IMG/VR virus record: IMGVR_UViG_3300021400_001615 | Span: 96,884 to 160,883 of that record | Direction: 5' to 3' (one strand) | Length of the DNA: 64,000 bases | Source: a virus | Lineage: Duplodnaviria; Caudoviricetes | Shown: positions 1-15,000 of the stretch, one piece after another | How the letters are laid out: every line of letters begins with the position of its first letter | Numbering within the stretch: the stretch's first letter is position 1 | Notes under the pieces: model-generated | Database searches by the model: none | The model's input: only the letters and a program-made list of their open reading frames with translations | Told to the model about the DNA's origin: nothing | Position numbers and translations under genes: made by a program

Positions 1-1
1 T

Positions 2-3000
2 ATTTAGAGCGCGATGGCTCATGCAATATAGGTGTTTGCGGAAAACGCTCTTATGTCTGCGGTTAAACAAGTTAGACCGGATATCAATATTGGTGACGTT
101 TACAAAAAAACTTCATTAGATAATTATTTTAGAGGAGAGAGTCTATTGCCGGGTGGTAAGGCAACCACTACTGTTTCTACTGAACCAACTTCTTCGGAAC
201 ATACAGTCAAGGTTAAGACCGATGTAAATTTTGACGATGTTCCCAGTAAACTTCAAGCCGCTATTGATTCAGGTAGTCCATATAAAGTTACTGTATCTAC
301 GGATGCATCTTCTATGAAAGAAATTATCTAGGGCGGCATTGACGCTGGGTCTCCGTATCAATTAACATCTATCCAACTTGGGCCAGATATGTAGATTGGT
401 GAGCAAATACAACAGAACATAGAATCTTTCGATTATCTTGTTAAACCAGATTTGGACCCATCTTCTGATTTGGCTGGTAAGGTAAGACAAGCGTTGGCTA
501 GTGGCGAACCGTATAAGGTTATTTTGGAGGCCGATACTGGGAAGAATGGTTCTGGTGGTAAAACTGGTGAAAGTCCGATTTCATCGGGTAATGCACTTGG
601 TGATTAGGTGGCCGAAAGCATGGATCGTGCTGCCAATTCAGCGGAAAACGCATCTAAGAAAATTGAAGAAGCAAATCAACGCATGAATTCCTATCGTGAT
701 GCATGGTAGAGAGAATCTATTTCCAGGACTTTGTCTGGTAATTATGAAGGGTATGGCGAGGGATATTCTAATAGAACTACTCTCTCACAACTTAAAAATG
801 CGCATGAGGCTTATGACACTGCTGTTGCAAATGAATGGAATTGGGAAGATCAATATCAATGGGGAATAAAGTTTGTAAACCTATTTGAGCAATATCGCGA
901 CAATGGTGGAACACAAAAAAGCCTTGCTGCTCATGTTGAATTATATGAAAGGTTAAAACCACTTGCTGAGGGATATGCCGCCGAATTATAGAAAGTATTA
1001 AACTTTACGCCTGGCTCTACTACTGATCAAACTCAAAAACCGACACAACCATCGCAACAAACACAGCAAAGTCAATAGGGTACACCACGCCAACCAAATA
1101 CTGCCGCATATAGGCAAGAACAGGAAGAAGTTAGTCATGTCGTAGAGGCGGAAGCTGCCGCATTCGATAGACTTAAGGAGAAGCTTACGTCTGAAATTCC
1201 CGCTGCTGTTGACACAAAGACATAGGCGTTTAGATCTGAACAGGTTGAGGTTGAAAATTTGATAGACCTAGAAATATCTAAACTGTCTGAATTATCAACT
1301 GCTCTTCAAAACGTGTTCAAGAATAATGGTTCTAATCCAGATTTTGGCCAATTAAAAGAACTGTTTGAAACAATAAAAACGCTCGGCGAGGGCGAAATAA
1401 AACTGCCAAATTTTGATCAACTCTTTGAATCTGTTGGCAAACTTGCTTAGGTTTTTGAACAATTAAAAGGCGTTCAGCCTGGTTAGGATTTTGCAGATAC
1501 TTTAAATTCTTTAAAAGTAACAAAGACCAATATTGATAATCTCGTTAATTTAGCTGCCGCCATTGAAATGCTTGGCGAGGCTTTTAAGAAATTGAATACG
1601 GATTCTATGTCGAATGAGGGTCTTTCTTCTATTTAGACTTTATTAGATCAGGCCGATGCTCTTAAAGATCTTGCTACTATCCTAACTAGTGATCAAGAAA
1701 AAATTAAGAAGGCAATGGACGCAACGAGCGGATCTGGTGGCGGAAATAAACAATCAGAGTTGAAAGAGCTTCGCGATTATAATAAGGCTGTCATAGATTA
1801 TTATAATGCACAACAGAGATTACAGACAGGAAAAACGGAAACAAAATCTAGAGACGAGCTTATTTCTGCAAAAGCCTTCGATGTCATGACAGCATACGAA
1901 GAAAAAATGGCGGAATTGCAAAAGAAAGGTGTTCAATTGTCTGACGAACAAACATAGGCTTTGGAAAAAAGAAAACAAAAGCAAGAAGAGCTTAATAAAT
2001 TGGTTGAAGATTATAACCGCACAAGAAGCGAAAAGCAATCCAAGAGGATTAAGGACGAAGTAGATAAGGAAATGAAGGCTCTTGGTAATTAGATAGACAA
2101 TGCCGCAAGGAATACATAGGGCAAAAACGATGCCTACAAATAGCAAATAGGTGACATGAAAGATCAGTATGCCGATCTCGAGAAATTTATTTAGGGCATA
2201 GATTGGAATGGGAAAAGCGAACAGGAAGTAAACACATTAAATCAATAGCTGCAAGAAGTTATCACCCGAATTAATAAAATTAAAGACGGACTGGCACTTG
2301 CATCAAATAGTGGCGATTTTAAATCAGCTAACGCAAATATGGTTTCTAGATTGAATTCTCAAATGGCTGCATGGATGGATAAAAATACCGCCGCCTCTTC
2401 TTATTTTCCAGCAATAAAACAACTTCAAGAGCAGTTGAAAAGTGTTGGCAGTTCCGAGTAGTTCAATGGTATTGTTTAGGGATTTGAACGCATCAAGGCA
2501 GAAGCAATTTAGGCTGGTTTGGCCGGTAAAAGTTTTGCCGATACTTTAAAAGGTAGTTTCGGTAACCTTGCTAGGTATCTTATGTCTTTTGCCAGTTTCT
2601 ATAGAATAATCGGCACAATAAAACAAGCCGTCTCTGTTGTTAGAGAACTTGATACTGCTTTAACTGAAATGAGAAAAGTATCAGATGAGTCCTTAACGTC
2701 TTTGAAGAATTATCAAAAAGAGACTTTTAATATGGCGAACCAGGTTGGTACTACTTCTGCTCAGATTCAGAGGTCTACTGCTGACTGGTTGCGACTTGGT
2801 CGTTCTTTCGACAATGCAAAGGAAATGGCTACATTATCTACGAAATTGTTGAATGTGTCCGAATTTGAAAATATTCAAGATGCCACTGATTCTCTTGTTT
2901 CTGCTACGCAAGCATTTACTGAGGTTCAAGCACCCGCAATTGTTGATAAGCTTAATTTGATTGGTAATAACTTCGCTATTTCTACTGATGATCTTGCAAA

Positions 3001-6000
3001 AGGTCTTCAAAACGCTGGTGCTGTTCTTAAAACGCAAGGTAATGATCTTGATCAAACTCTCGCACTGTTGACTGCTGGTAACTTGATCGGTCAGGACATT
3101 TCTAAGGCAAGTGCTGGTGTTCGTACTATTGCATTAAGGATTGCTGGTACTGAGGAAGCTAAGGATGAAATAAAAGATCTTGGTGAGGATGTAGACGATT
3201 TTGTTGTGAGAACAAAGTCTAAGACTGATTCAATTATTAAGAATTATACAGCTGTTGCTTCCAATAACTATTAGGGCGTTTCGGTACTTGATGACAATGG
3301 CAATCTTCGTGATACATATGATATCTTGCTTGATATTTCGGAGATATATAAAGAGATACAGGAAGAAGATAAAAAAGTTGGTACAAATAGAGCTTAGGCT
3401 CTTGTAGAAACCTTAGCTGGTAAAAATAGATCAAATATTGTTGCAAGTATCTTGTAGAATGGCGATATATTAAAACAGGTTAGGGAGTCGTCTGCCAATG
3501 ATTACTTTGGATCGTCCGATCAAGAATTAAGTAAATACCTTGATTCTATTGATGGTAAAATGGCTAAGTTAAAAAATAAACTGCAAGAATTAGCTTATTA
3601 TACAATAAACTCTGATGGATTTAAAATATTACTTGATTTGGTTAATGGATTGATTACGGCAGTAAATACGCTTGCTAAATCATTGGGTGGATTAAATCTT
3701 GCTATAGGTGGTGTTGCCGGATTTTTCTTGAAAAAGAAAGGTTTTGCCGTTTTAGATTATGATAAACAAACAAGACAGTGGACTAATATTTTTCAGAAGA
3801 TTGGCGGTCGTTCCGGTAAAACGTTTAGCATGGCTTATACTGATGAAGTAAAAGAGCAATTCAGCAAGTTTGACCCGAATGACACTTTGAAAAGTGCAAT
3901 TGAAGTTAACGGTAATGTTGAGGGTCAACCAAAAGAATTACAGAATTATTATAATCAACTAAGTGAAACGCAAAAACAAACCATGTTGGTTAGTCAAGCT
4001 TAGGCTGAAATGCAAAAGCGTAGTACTCTTCTGGGAAATGCACTTGGCACTGCTTCTTCTTTCGGTAAGCAGTTTGTGTCTGTATTGAGCAGTATGGCAA
4101 TTGCCACCATTGTATCCGCCGGAATTAGTTTGCTTATAAAAACCATTTATAACCTCATCACTTATGAACAAAGAATGATAGATAAGGGTAAGGAAGCTCA
4201 GAATGTTATAAAAGGTATTAATGATAGCTATAATTCAAAGAAAACGTTTGTTGATGATAATTTATCCAGGTATTCCGAATTGAGGAAGGGTGTTTCTGTC
4301 ACTGAAGATGATGGCGTACAAAATAAATCTTTATCCAATGAAGAATTTAGCGAGTTCTTATCTTTGAATAAAGAAATGCAGGAGATGTTCCCGAGCTTAG
4401 TCACCGGTTTTGATGCTCAAGGAAACGCTATGTTGGATCTTTCCGCAGATGCCGACGATGCCAGTAAAAGTATGCAAACTCTTCTTGAACAAGAAAGGCA
4501 AATGGCCGATTTTAAAGTTGGCGAATAGCTTGGTGATGCGGTTAAAGGTTTTGCAATTAGGTATAAATAGTTATCAGATGATATTGATGAATAGGACCAA
4601 ACAATAGAAGCTGCTCAATCAATACAAGACATAATAAACGGGAAAACATAGGAGGGAATAGATCTTTCTAAATTTGGCTTTGACGATTATGGCAACTTAC
4701 ATTATGAATTTGACGTTAATGATGAAGCGGCCAAAGGTGTTGCACACATGATTGCTGATGCTTATAATGCTGCTGCCGGTGATCTTGGTGGAATAATAAA
4801 TGACGATTCTGAAATCACTGGTGTTTTATCTGGCGGGTTGTCTTACTTTGACGAGTCACAACTTGCAGATTTTAAAGATAACTTTCTTTCTAAGATAGCT
4901 GAGATGAAACTTGGCGATGTGCCAGAAGCTGTTCTTGATGCTATGTCTATTAAAAACATAGATTTGGCGGAATAGAAAGCAGACTGGAACGCTCTTGTTC
5001 CGTCGATTTTGTCTCAACTTAATTTTTACGAAGATTATCAAAAGCTTGGCGATTCAAAAATTGGCGAATAGTTGCAATAGATAATTGCGGACGATGTTTC
5101 TAATCTTGACCTTGATCATTTAGAAGAAATATATGGCAAGGGAGCATGGACTAAGTTTTAGGATAATACAAGAGGTTTTATAAGAGAGAATTTCCTCGAT
5201 CCAATTACCAAAACCTTAATTGAAGATGGTAAAATTTCTGATGAAAAGGTAAATTTATTAGATTAGCTTATAAACTTTGATGGTTCAGACTTAACAAATG
5301 AAGAATATAGAAGTCAGATAAATGATATCGTAAATCAATTTTCAAAAGATGCTGAAGTTAGAGAAGATATAAAGGTTCTTCTCGGATTTAAGTATTATGA
5401 CGAAGACGGAAATACTCATTGGGATATAACAAAACAAAGAGACAAACTGTATGAGGCTCTTGGCGGTTTTGTCGGCGATGATGCAACTACCGGAAAGAAA
5501 ACGCATCATGTAAGAACCGGTATGAATATAAGCTGGGATAATTTCAAGAAATTGGATTAGTCTGAATTGAGCGCTATTAGTTATGCCGAATCAAATATGG
5601 GTGTTGATCTTGAAACGATTGACGAATGGGATAAACTAAAAGAGGTTATTGCAGAAGCAAAAGAACAAATGGAGGAAGTGTCGGAAATTACCTCTGATGG
5701 TACTCTTGCCGATATATTTAAGGATGAAACATACCAAGAATAGGCGGAGCAGTATAAAAAACAGTTAACCACCATTAATGACGCTTTGGAGAAATATAAA
5801 ACTAATACAATGCTTACCAATGACGAACAAGCTCAATTAATGGAAGAATTGTAGATATCTGATATTTCACCCGAAAATCTTTAGAATATGGGAGCAGAAA
5901 CAATAAGTGGTTGGGTTGATCAGTTACATAAATTAGCCGATGAAATTGGTCTCACAAAAGATGAAATGCAAGGTCTTGAGGAGTATATTAAAAATATATA

Positions 6001-9000
6001 TCTTTCATATGATTAGTTAGATATAGCTAATGATTAGGCTACTGGTATTAATTATATATCAAATAGAATTGCTAGTAAGAGTGGTTCAATCCCAACACGG
6101 GTTGTAAGTGAAAAAACTTCAAACATTTATAATCAATTATCTAGTGAATTTGGTTAGGTTGATAATGAGATTGTTTATTATCTGTCGTTAAATCCGGAAT
6201 CGGCCACTTGGACTGCCGAGCAATGGATTTCACATTATAAAGATACAAAAATAGATTTTTAGCTTACAGCAAACGACAAGGATTTGCAAAGAGTAAATAA
6301 GCTTGTTGAAAACAACCAAAAAGATATTGCTTAGGCAGAGGCTAATAATTCATTAAAAGAAGCGAATGGCGGCGTATTAAACCCCGAAGATTATAATGTA
6401 ATTGTTGGTAAGCAGCAAGATAGCGCAAATGCATTGAGAAATCGTGCAACTGGTTTATATGAATAGTGGTAGAAATATAATCTAGAAAATCCATAGTATG
6501 ACGCTTCATACAGTCAGAAATTGTGGGATGATTATGTTGTTGCCGACACAGAAGCTGCCAAAGCAGAGGCTGATCTGGCTGAAAAGCAAAAACAACAACG
6601 CGAAAGTTCTGTGAACGAAATCAATAAGCGAATAGAGGATGCCCAGGCTTCCGCTTCAGTATTTTAGGCAAACATTAAAAAGGCGGATGCGAATGGTAGA
6701 CATGCATCTGATGAAACGTACAGTATTCTTTCTGGGTATTTAAAAAAACAAGCCGACGATCAAAGAGAGCTTTATAATGAATATAAGGGATTGGTTACAA
6801 CCAATCCAGAATTTGCAACTTATTGGAATCAAAAAGCTTCTGATGCTTTGAATGCGTCTGTTGACTTAGATGAAGAGAGTTATAATACAAGGATTGCGCC
6901 AATAACAAATTATATTGATGATTTAATAAATAAAGGTGTCGATGGCCACGAGGCATTATCCGATCTTTAGCGTGAGGCGACAGATTTGGAAAATGATCTT
7001 AACGAGGCTGATTCAAAGCATTTAAAAATCAGTGATAAGCTTTATAAAAATCTTATTAGCAATGGTGATAAACAGATACGTAATCTTGAGGAATAGAGAA
7101 AAAAACAGAGAGAGCTTCAATCTGAATTTGAGCATGGAACTTCCGATTGGCAAAAATATCAGCAGGAAATCGACAACATCAACTCTTCTATCGATTCTAT
7201 GAGGCAGAATCAAATGGGTTGGACTGAAACTATGAATTCCTTAGTTTCTACCAATGCACAGCAACTTGCTTCTACCATCTCTTCTGCTTTTAGTGAAATG
7301 TCATCCGGCACTGGATTGACAATTGACACAATGAATGAGTTAGAGCGTCAGTTTAGTGATCTTGCTGGTCATGATGTGTCTGATATCTTCTATCAGTCTG
7401 CCGATGGCATGAAGTTTAATGCGGATGCTGCCGAGGCATTGGTTGATGCTGAGTATGAACTGTAGTCTACTAATCTTTCCAAAACTCTTACGGAGCAAAA
7501 GGACATTATTAAACAATGCGGCGACGCTCAGGATGAAACTACCCAGAAAACCATTGCTGCCGCAAACGAACGTATTGTAGCCACTCAAAGAGAAATGGCA
7601 ATGCTCCAGGCATGGTATGATCAGCAAAAAGAGGCGTTTAGCGGTTTACAGAAATTCCAAACTGCGCAAAGCACTGCTAATGAGGGTGCCGACTATGAAA
7701 CTATGCAAGGATATCTCAAAACTCAGCAGGAAAATAGAACGAAAGGCTTGACTGGCACCGATGAGTTTAGGGCGTATACGGAATACTTTGATCGTTGGGG
7801 TCTTGATACTGTTGCTGCATGGGATAGAAACAAGGAAAAAGTTCAAAGATATTTAACAGAAGACTTTTCTGGTATGAGACATTTCTTTGATGATCTTGTG
7901 ACAAATGGGCTTGCTGAAAAAAATGGTGATGCTTACAACTTAGACATTGAAAATGTAAAAGATGCCGCTGAATAGATGGGTATGACCGTAGAATGGTTTA
8001 TGGATATGCTCGGTCGCGCTGAGGATTATGGTCTCAGAAATGACTGGATTGAATCTGAAATTGATGGAAGAGAAAAAATACAGGAAGCCATTCATCAACA
8101 AATAGAAGCACAAAAGGAACTTACAAAAGCTCAACAAGAGGGTGCGCCAGAAGAGGTAATACAGGATGCTCAGAATGTATACGAAGATAGAACCGCTCAC
8201 TTAAACAATCTCAGAGATGAAGTTGAAACGATAACCTCTCGCCCAACAGAAATGACAAAAGATGAATTTTTAACTAATGTTGCCACATTTAAAGCTATTA
8301 GAAATGACTGGAAACATGCCAAGACCGATGAGGAACGAGAAGCGTATGAACAGGAGCTTAATCGTCTTGCTGAGGAAACAGGTCTCGAGGTTGATTTGAA
8401 ATTTAAGATTGATAAGGATTCTTATAACGAATAGCTTGAAAAATACGGTGTAATGACAAATGATTAGATACCACAGGCTAGTGATTTAGGAATTGGTATA
8501 GAACGTGCGCCAGAATATGAACAACTCTCTCAATCTTTGTATGATCTGAATCAAAATGCAGACAGTGATATTTAGGCCGCAATTAATACACTTGGTAATT
8601 ATACTGCTGAACAATTGAAATCTCTCGATCTTATTAGTGGCGGATATGACGATACGTTTGAGGGTTCCATTGAAGCTGAAAAGGCAATGGATGCATTAAA
8701 TTAGGCACTTGGTAATACAGGTGAAAATGCAGATTTGCTGGCTTATGCGTTGGAAGCGCTTGGATTAACATAGCAGAAAGTTACAGAGGAAACCACAACT
8801 GAAGTTAGGAAGCCAAAGAAAATTGAGCCGGAAGAAAAATTGGACTTACCTACCAATTTAATTGATCTTGCTTTTAATAACGTCAAAGAAAAGGTAACAG
8901 AAAAGGGTTAGGGACTTTTTGAGACTGCGAAGACCTGGGCGCAAGAAGCAAACACAAAAATCTAGGAACGAGCTGTTGCACAAAGAGAGATCGACCAGAA

Positions 9001-12000
9001 ACCAACCGTAGATAGTATTAATAATATGGCTGATACCGTTGGTAATGCGATTGAGTCTGGATTAGAAAATCTCGGAACAACATTTGAGTCTGTTGGTGAA
9101 TCTATTGTCGGCGCAATTGAAGTCATAACAAATCCGGATTCTACGAACGGTAAAACGACTAAAACATCATAGTCTTAGATTTAGAAACCCGGGATTTCCG
9201 CTGCGTAGACTCAGCAAAATAAACTTGCTAATGATGAAAATGCTAGTTTCAGTTCTGGAAATACTGGTGTTACCGTTACTGCTACTGTTGTTCCCGAAGA
9301 TACTTCACAGCTTCAAGGTTTGGAAGCGACGGCAAATGCAACCGTAGAAAATGCAAGTGTCCAAGATGGTGTTAAGGTTGAAGTTGAGGGTACAGCAAAT
9401 GTTACAGAAGCGGAAAATAATATTGTTAAACCGATGCAAATACAAGCGACCGCCAATGCCAATGTGGAAGTCGCCGATGGTGGGATGAAACAATCTGTTT
9501 CTGTTGACACAAATCAGGTAAGCGAAGCAAGCAGTGCCGTATCTGATCTTAGCTCTTAGGTAAGTAATATACCAGAGGGAAAAGCTCATGTAGACGCTGA
9601 AACATCTTCTGCAATGAGTGCGTTGCAATCTGTTGAAGATAAATTGTATGAAGTTGGTAATACGCCATCCAATCCGAGTGTAAATATCACAGTAAATGGT
9701 AAAACGGAATTAGATAGTGTAAAAAATACGATTGATAACTTAAAAGATAAAACCATAACGATTACCACTAAGCATGTAAGCACCGGTAGTTCTGGTAGTG
9801 GCAGCGGTCTTGGTGGTATTAACAACGAAGGGTTTGCATTTGCTGGTGGCACAGAGAAAGATCGTGTTATCCCAACGACGCATGCTGGTGAAACTCTTGT
9901 TGGTGAAGAGGGCTATGAGATCCATGTGGATCGTGATGGTCGTCAATGGAATATTGTTGGCGAGAATGGTCCAGAGTTCCGCACTGATATCGCTCCTGGT
10001 GATATTGTATTTAATCATGAATAGAGCAAAAAGCTTCTAAAGAATGGTTATACAACAAGTCGTGGTAAAGCACTTGCTAGTGGCAATGTAGAATGGCATG
10101 GTCCAGCATATGCGGACGGAGATGGCAAAAATGATGCACCCGTTGTAAAAGCAAGTTTTGCGCCCACACAGCCATACGTTGCTCCCAAAACATTAACAAA
10201 AACTATAAGTGAAGGCACTAGCTCTATTAAAGACCAGACCAAATCAAGCGATGATAACACAAAAGCCGTTCAGGACAACACTTCCAAACTCGACAAATTC
10301 CAACAATGGCTCGACTCTCTTAAGGATTGGATTGAAGTACGAATTGCCCGTCTCACATATAAGATGGAAATGGCAATTACTAAATCGGAAAATCTTGGTG
10401 GTAAAGGAAACAAAACAGAAACTGTTAATGGCGTGAAAAAGAAAAGGACGCAGAATTATGCCGATAGAAATGATTATATAAATGAGGCAATGTCTATTAA
10501 TGATTAGCTTCGTAAAGATAATAAGAGTGGAGCAAAGGAATACGGTAAATATGCTGCCAAAGTTGCAAGAAAGGCGCAAAAGGCTGGTTTAATTACAAAG
10601 GCTGAGAGAAAAGATTTGGTGCCAAAGATTCAAGATGGAGCGATAAGTATCGAAGATTTTAGCCGTGCTATAAGCAAAAAGAAAAATAAAAATGGTAGCG
10701 ATTCTAAAAAGACTGAAAATACAATTAAAACATTTATTGATGCATATACTGAGTGGTATGAGAAAATGCTCGATTGTAAAAAAGCACAAGAAGAATGTAT
10801 TGCCAAGCAGAAAGAATTGCAGCAAACAAAGCTTGACAATATCACTGAACAATTTGAGGGATTAATAGAGGTGGCCACTTCATATCAAAATGTTTCTGAT
10901 TCTATGATCCACATGCTTACCGCACAAGGCAGGACTGCTGTTAATGATGAAAAATTCCAGAAGCAATATGATAATTAGATTACTGAAGAACAAAACATAT
11001 CTTCTTATTTAAAAATGGAACTCGACGCATATGACGCAGAGTTGGTAAATGCGAAGAAAGTTTTTGGTGAGAACAGTAATGAATATCGTGCTGCCATGGC
11101 ACAAAGAAACGAAATAGAACAATCTTATAATGAAAGCATTGCAAAGATTGCCGAACTTCGTAAAGCAAAAGAAGAAATGGTATTTAAATCTATTAGTAAT
11201 ACTATTGAACGAATTAAGGGGATATCTTCACTTATTTCTGCCAGAATGTCTTTGAGCCAGAAACGTGGTAATAAGAATAATGAATATGACAAAGACAGTG
11301 AGGATCCGAATAGATACATCAAGATGAACGAGGGTCTTATGGCTCGTAATAATGATATGATCCTGATGTGGAATAAGCAACGTGAAGAAGCGGCGAGATG
11401 GATAGGTAAAAACAAACATCTGGAAGGTAGCGAAGAATATCAGGATTATTATAATCGTTATATCGAAGCCGAAGAGGAAATCCTCGGCCTTATGGAAAAC
11501 CAAGAAGATATCAAAAAGAATATCCGCGATTATCGTTGGAAATCCTTCAATGATCTTCAATAGGAAGTAAAGAATACCATTACAGAAATAGATAATCTGC
11601 GTAGCACTATGAATGAAGCTGAATTCTTTGATGCAGAGTTTGGCATTAATATTACTGATAAAGGCTATGCAAATATTGCTCTTCTGCGTGATGGTATGAT
11701 TGAAGCCGAGAAACAGGTAGCTGATTATCAAAAGGCGTTGGAAAAACTCGAAGAAGATTATGATAATGGTAATATAAGTGCCGACGAGTATAGGCAAGGT
11801 GTGGAAGAATATAGTAGTGCTATAAAAGAGGGTTCTGATGATATCAGGCAATATGAAGACGCTCTTGTTTCTATGTATAAGACGCAAATTCAAAATGAAA
11901 ATGATTTACTTCAAAAAAATATCACAGCCAGAAAAAATGCTTTGACGGCTAAAAAAGCGTGTTTTTAAGAATGCGCTTATTCATTAAATTGCTGAAATAC

Positions 12001-15000
12001 CCTTAGAGATTTATATACCACAGCAAAATCATGAAACATGGATAATTGCGATGGTTTTAAAAATATAGATATTGGACAATCAGCAGCCAAGCGGCGAATA
12101 GCCGAAGGTTCAGAGACTATGGGCTTTGTCGCCCAGTAGGACTGCAAGCGATTGGCAGTTCGAAAAAGTGAACTACTTTATTTGAAAAAGAAAGGTATTG
12201 TAAATATGTATGATAAAGATGAAATTGTAAAAATAAAATGGTCAAAGAAAAATAAAAAGTATTATGAAAATATTGGTTATAATTATACTAAGATTGGAGA
12301 TAGTCTTGATGTTAGAGCTTGTGATTTACCATGGAATTCTCATGAAAAAATAACTGCCACCTGTGATTGTGATGGGTGTAGTAATACAACAAAAGTTCCT
12401 TACAGAAATTATAATAAAGCCCTTGAAAAGTATGGACACTATAGATGTAAATCTTGCGCTATTAAAGATTATGTAAGACAGAGAACAAAAAAGTCTCATG
12501 AAAGATTATATGAATTATTTTTGGAAAAATGCAGAGAACATAATTGCATCCCAATAACAACGCTTGATACTTTTCATGGCGCGGATTCATTTGTTGAATA
12601 TATATGCCCAGTTCATGGCATAATGAAAACTTATATGAGCAATATTAGAGGATCTAATGCCTGGTGTTATAAATGCGGAAAGGCATCTATGGCAAGTCAA
12701 TGTAAATTAACTCCAGATGAAGTGAAACGACGAGTTGAGAGTAAAAATAATAATATACTATTAAATCTCGAAGACTATATTAATACAAAAACAAAGAATC
12801 TTAGAGTAATATGTGGAACTTGTCACGAAGAATTCATCACATCTCTTTCGTCCATGGATAATAGCGAAGGTCGTTGCTCAAAATGTGGATTAGAAAAATC
12901 ATTTGAATATCATGATAACAGGAAAATTATTTATTATAATAAGTTTGCTGAAATGTGTGATGAATCCGGATATACTCTCCTCTCTTCGTTTGAAGAATAT
13001 AAAAATTGTTTTTCTAAACTTAGATTTGTATGTCCAAAACATGGTGAGCAATCGGTGAACTATGTAAAATTTTATAGTGGTCAGAGGTGTCCATAGTGTG
13101 GTATAGAAAGTTCCCATTTATCATCAATGTTGACTTAGGATGAAGTTGAAACAAGAATTAATTCCATAAATGACAATGTATTGTTAAATAAAGAAGATTA
13201 TTGTGGCAATAGTATTGTTAATTTAAGGATACAATGCTCTTGCGGAAATGTTTATGTAACGAGTCTTGCTAATTATGAAAATCAAAGTGTAAATCGTTGT
13301 CCTCAATGTATAAAATCCATAAGCAAGGGCGAATTTAAAATCGCATCGGTATTAGATAAATACAAAATTCCCTATATACGTGAGTATAGATTTTTGGATT
13401 GTAAAGATAAAAGGCCATTACCATTTGATTTTTATATAGAAGATTTTAATTGCATTATTGAATTCGATGGAATTTAGCATTTTGAACCCGTTTATGGACA
13501 AGAGCAGTTTGATTATATTCTACGACATGATAATATTAAGAATAATTATTGTCATCAGAATAATATTAGAATTATTCGTATACCTTATTGGGATTATGAT
13601 GCCATCGAAGATATAATAACGCATGAGTTTAATATTAATAAAATAAAATATATTACTTATCCAATTAAATAATATAACTTTTCAAATAAAGTAGAAGATA
13701 TAGTCCCCTCTCATGCGAAAGCATGAGCAGTGTGTAAAACACGGCATAGTGTAGCGAACTATGTGAAGATTTAGGATTACGATTATGACAAATCGATAAA
13801 AGATTCCAACAAAGACATTACCAGTATCCAAGCACAGATTAATTCTCTGTAGAATGCAACTGACCAAGCATCTCGTGCTAAGTTGGTAAAACTTCAGCAA
13901 CAGCTTAAAGATGCTCAGGATCAACAAGCAGATACTATGTACAATCATCAGATTGATGTCAGATAGGAAGGTTACGACAAATTAGCTGAGGATTCTACAA
14001 ATGTACTGAATGATACACTTAAGAAAATTGATGCTGACGAAGAAACCAGAAACGGTATAATTAAGTATCAACTTCAACAACTTGACGGCAATGAATAGAA
14101 AGCTCTGGAGGCGTTGAAATAGCAACAGCTTTCGTCTGGATTGGCGGTTCAAGGTGAGGTTTCTAAGTTTATTACCGATTACGACACCAAAGATGCGCAA
14201 AATAAAAATTGGCAAGAACAAGTATCTGATGAGGCTAAAAATTTAAATACGTCAACTATCGAAACGCTTACACAAGAGGGTAAGAAAATTCAGGATGCAA
14301 TTGATACGGATATAAATACTAGCTTAAAGGATATTGCTGGATCTGGCGACACTGGCATAGCTGGTATAAATACGAAGCTTGCCGGTATTTAGGCTGAGTT
14401 AGAAAAAAAGGATGGTAAATCTGGTTCTGATTCTAACAAGAAGACAGAATTAACTCCAGAACAATAGAAGGAACAGAATTGGGAGAACCTAAAGGGTCAA
14501 TTAATAGCTCTTGGTAATAAAAACGGTATAAGATATGAATTCGACGATAAAAATAAAACATACAGGGAATTCAAAAAAGAAAAAATTGGTACCCGTATGG
14601 AAAATGGCAAAATGGTCGATGTCTATGATTATGTAGATATGGGCAAAGGTGATATTGGCACAGCCGAAAAAAAGACAGTAAAAGCATCTGATAAGGCAGA
14701 AACTAAAAAAGAGGTTAAAAAAGTAAATAAGGATGTAAAGAAATAGAAAAATGATTAGGCAACAATAGCTAAAATCGCCACCTATTTGGCCAACAAAAAT
14801 CTTAAGTCGAAAAATGGTAAGGTCACAGATAAATCCAAAAAGGAAGTATCCGATTCCATATATACTGCAATAGCAAAGATTCTTGATGTCAAAAACAAGA
14901 AGAAAACGATAAAAGCAGAATTAAAGAGGCTTGGATACCGCAAAGGTTCTCATTCTACCGATGACGAAATGAACTGGCTGCATGACTCCGAGGTAATTAT

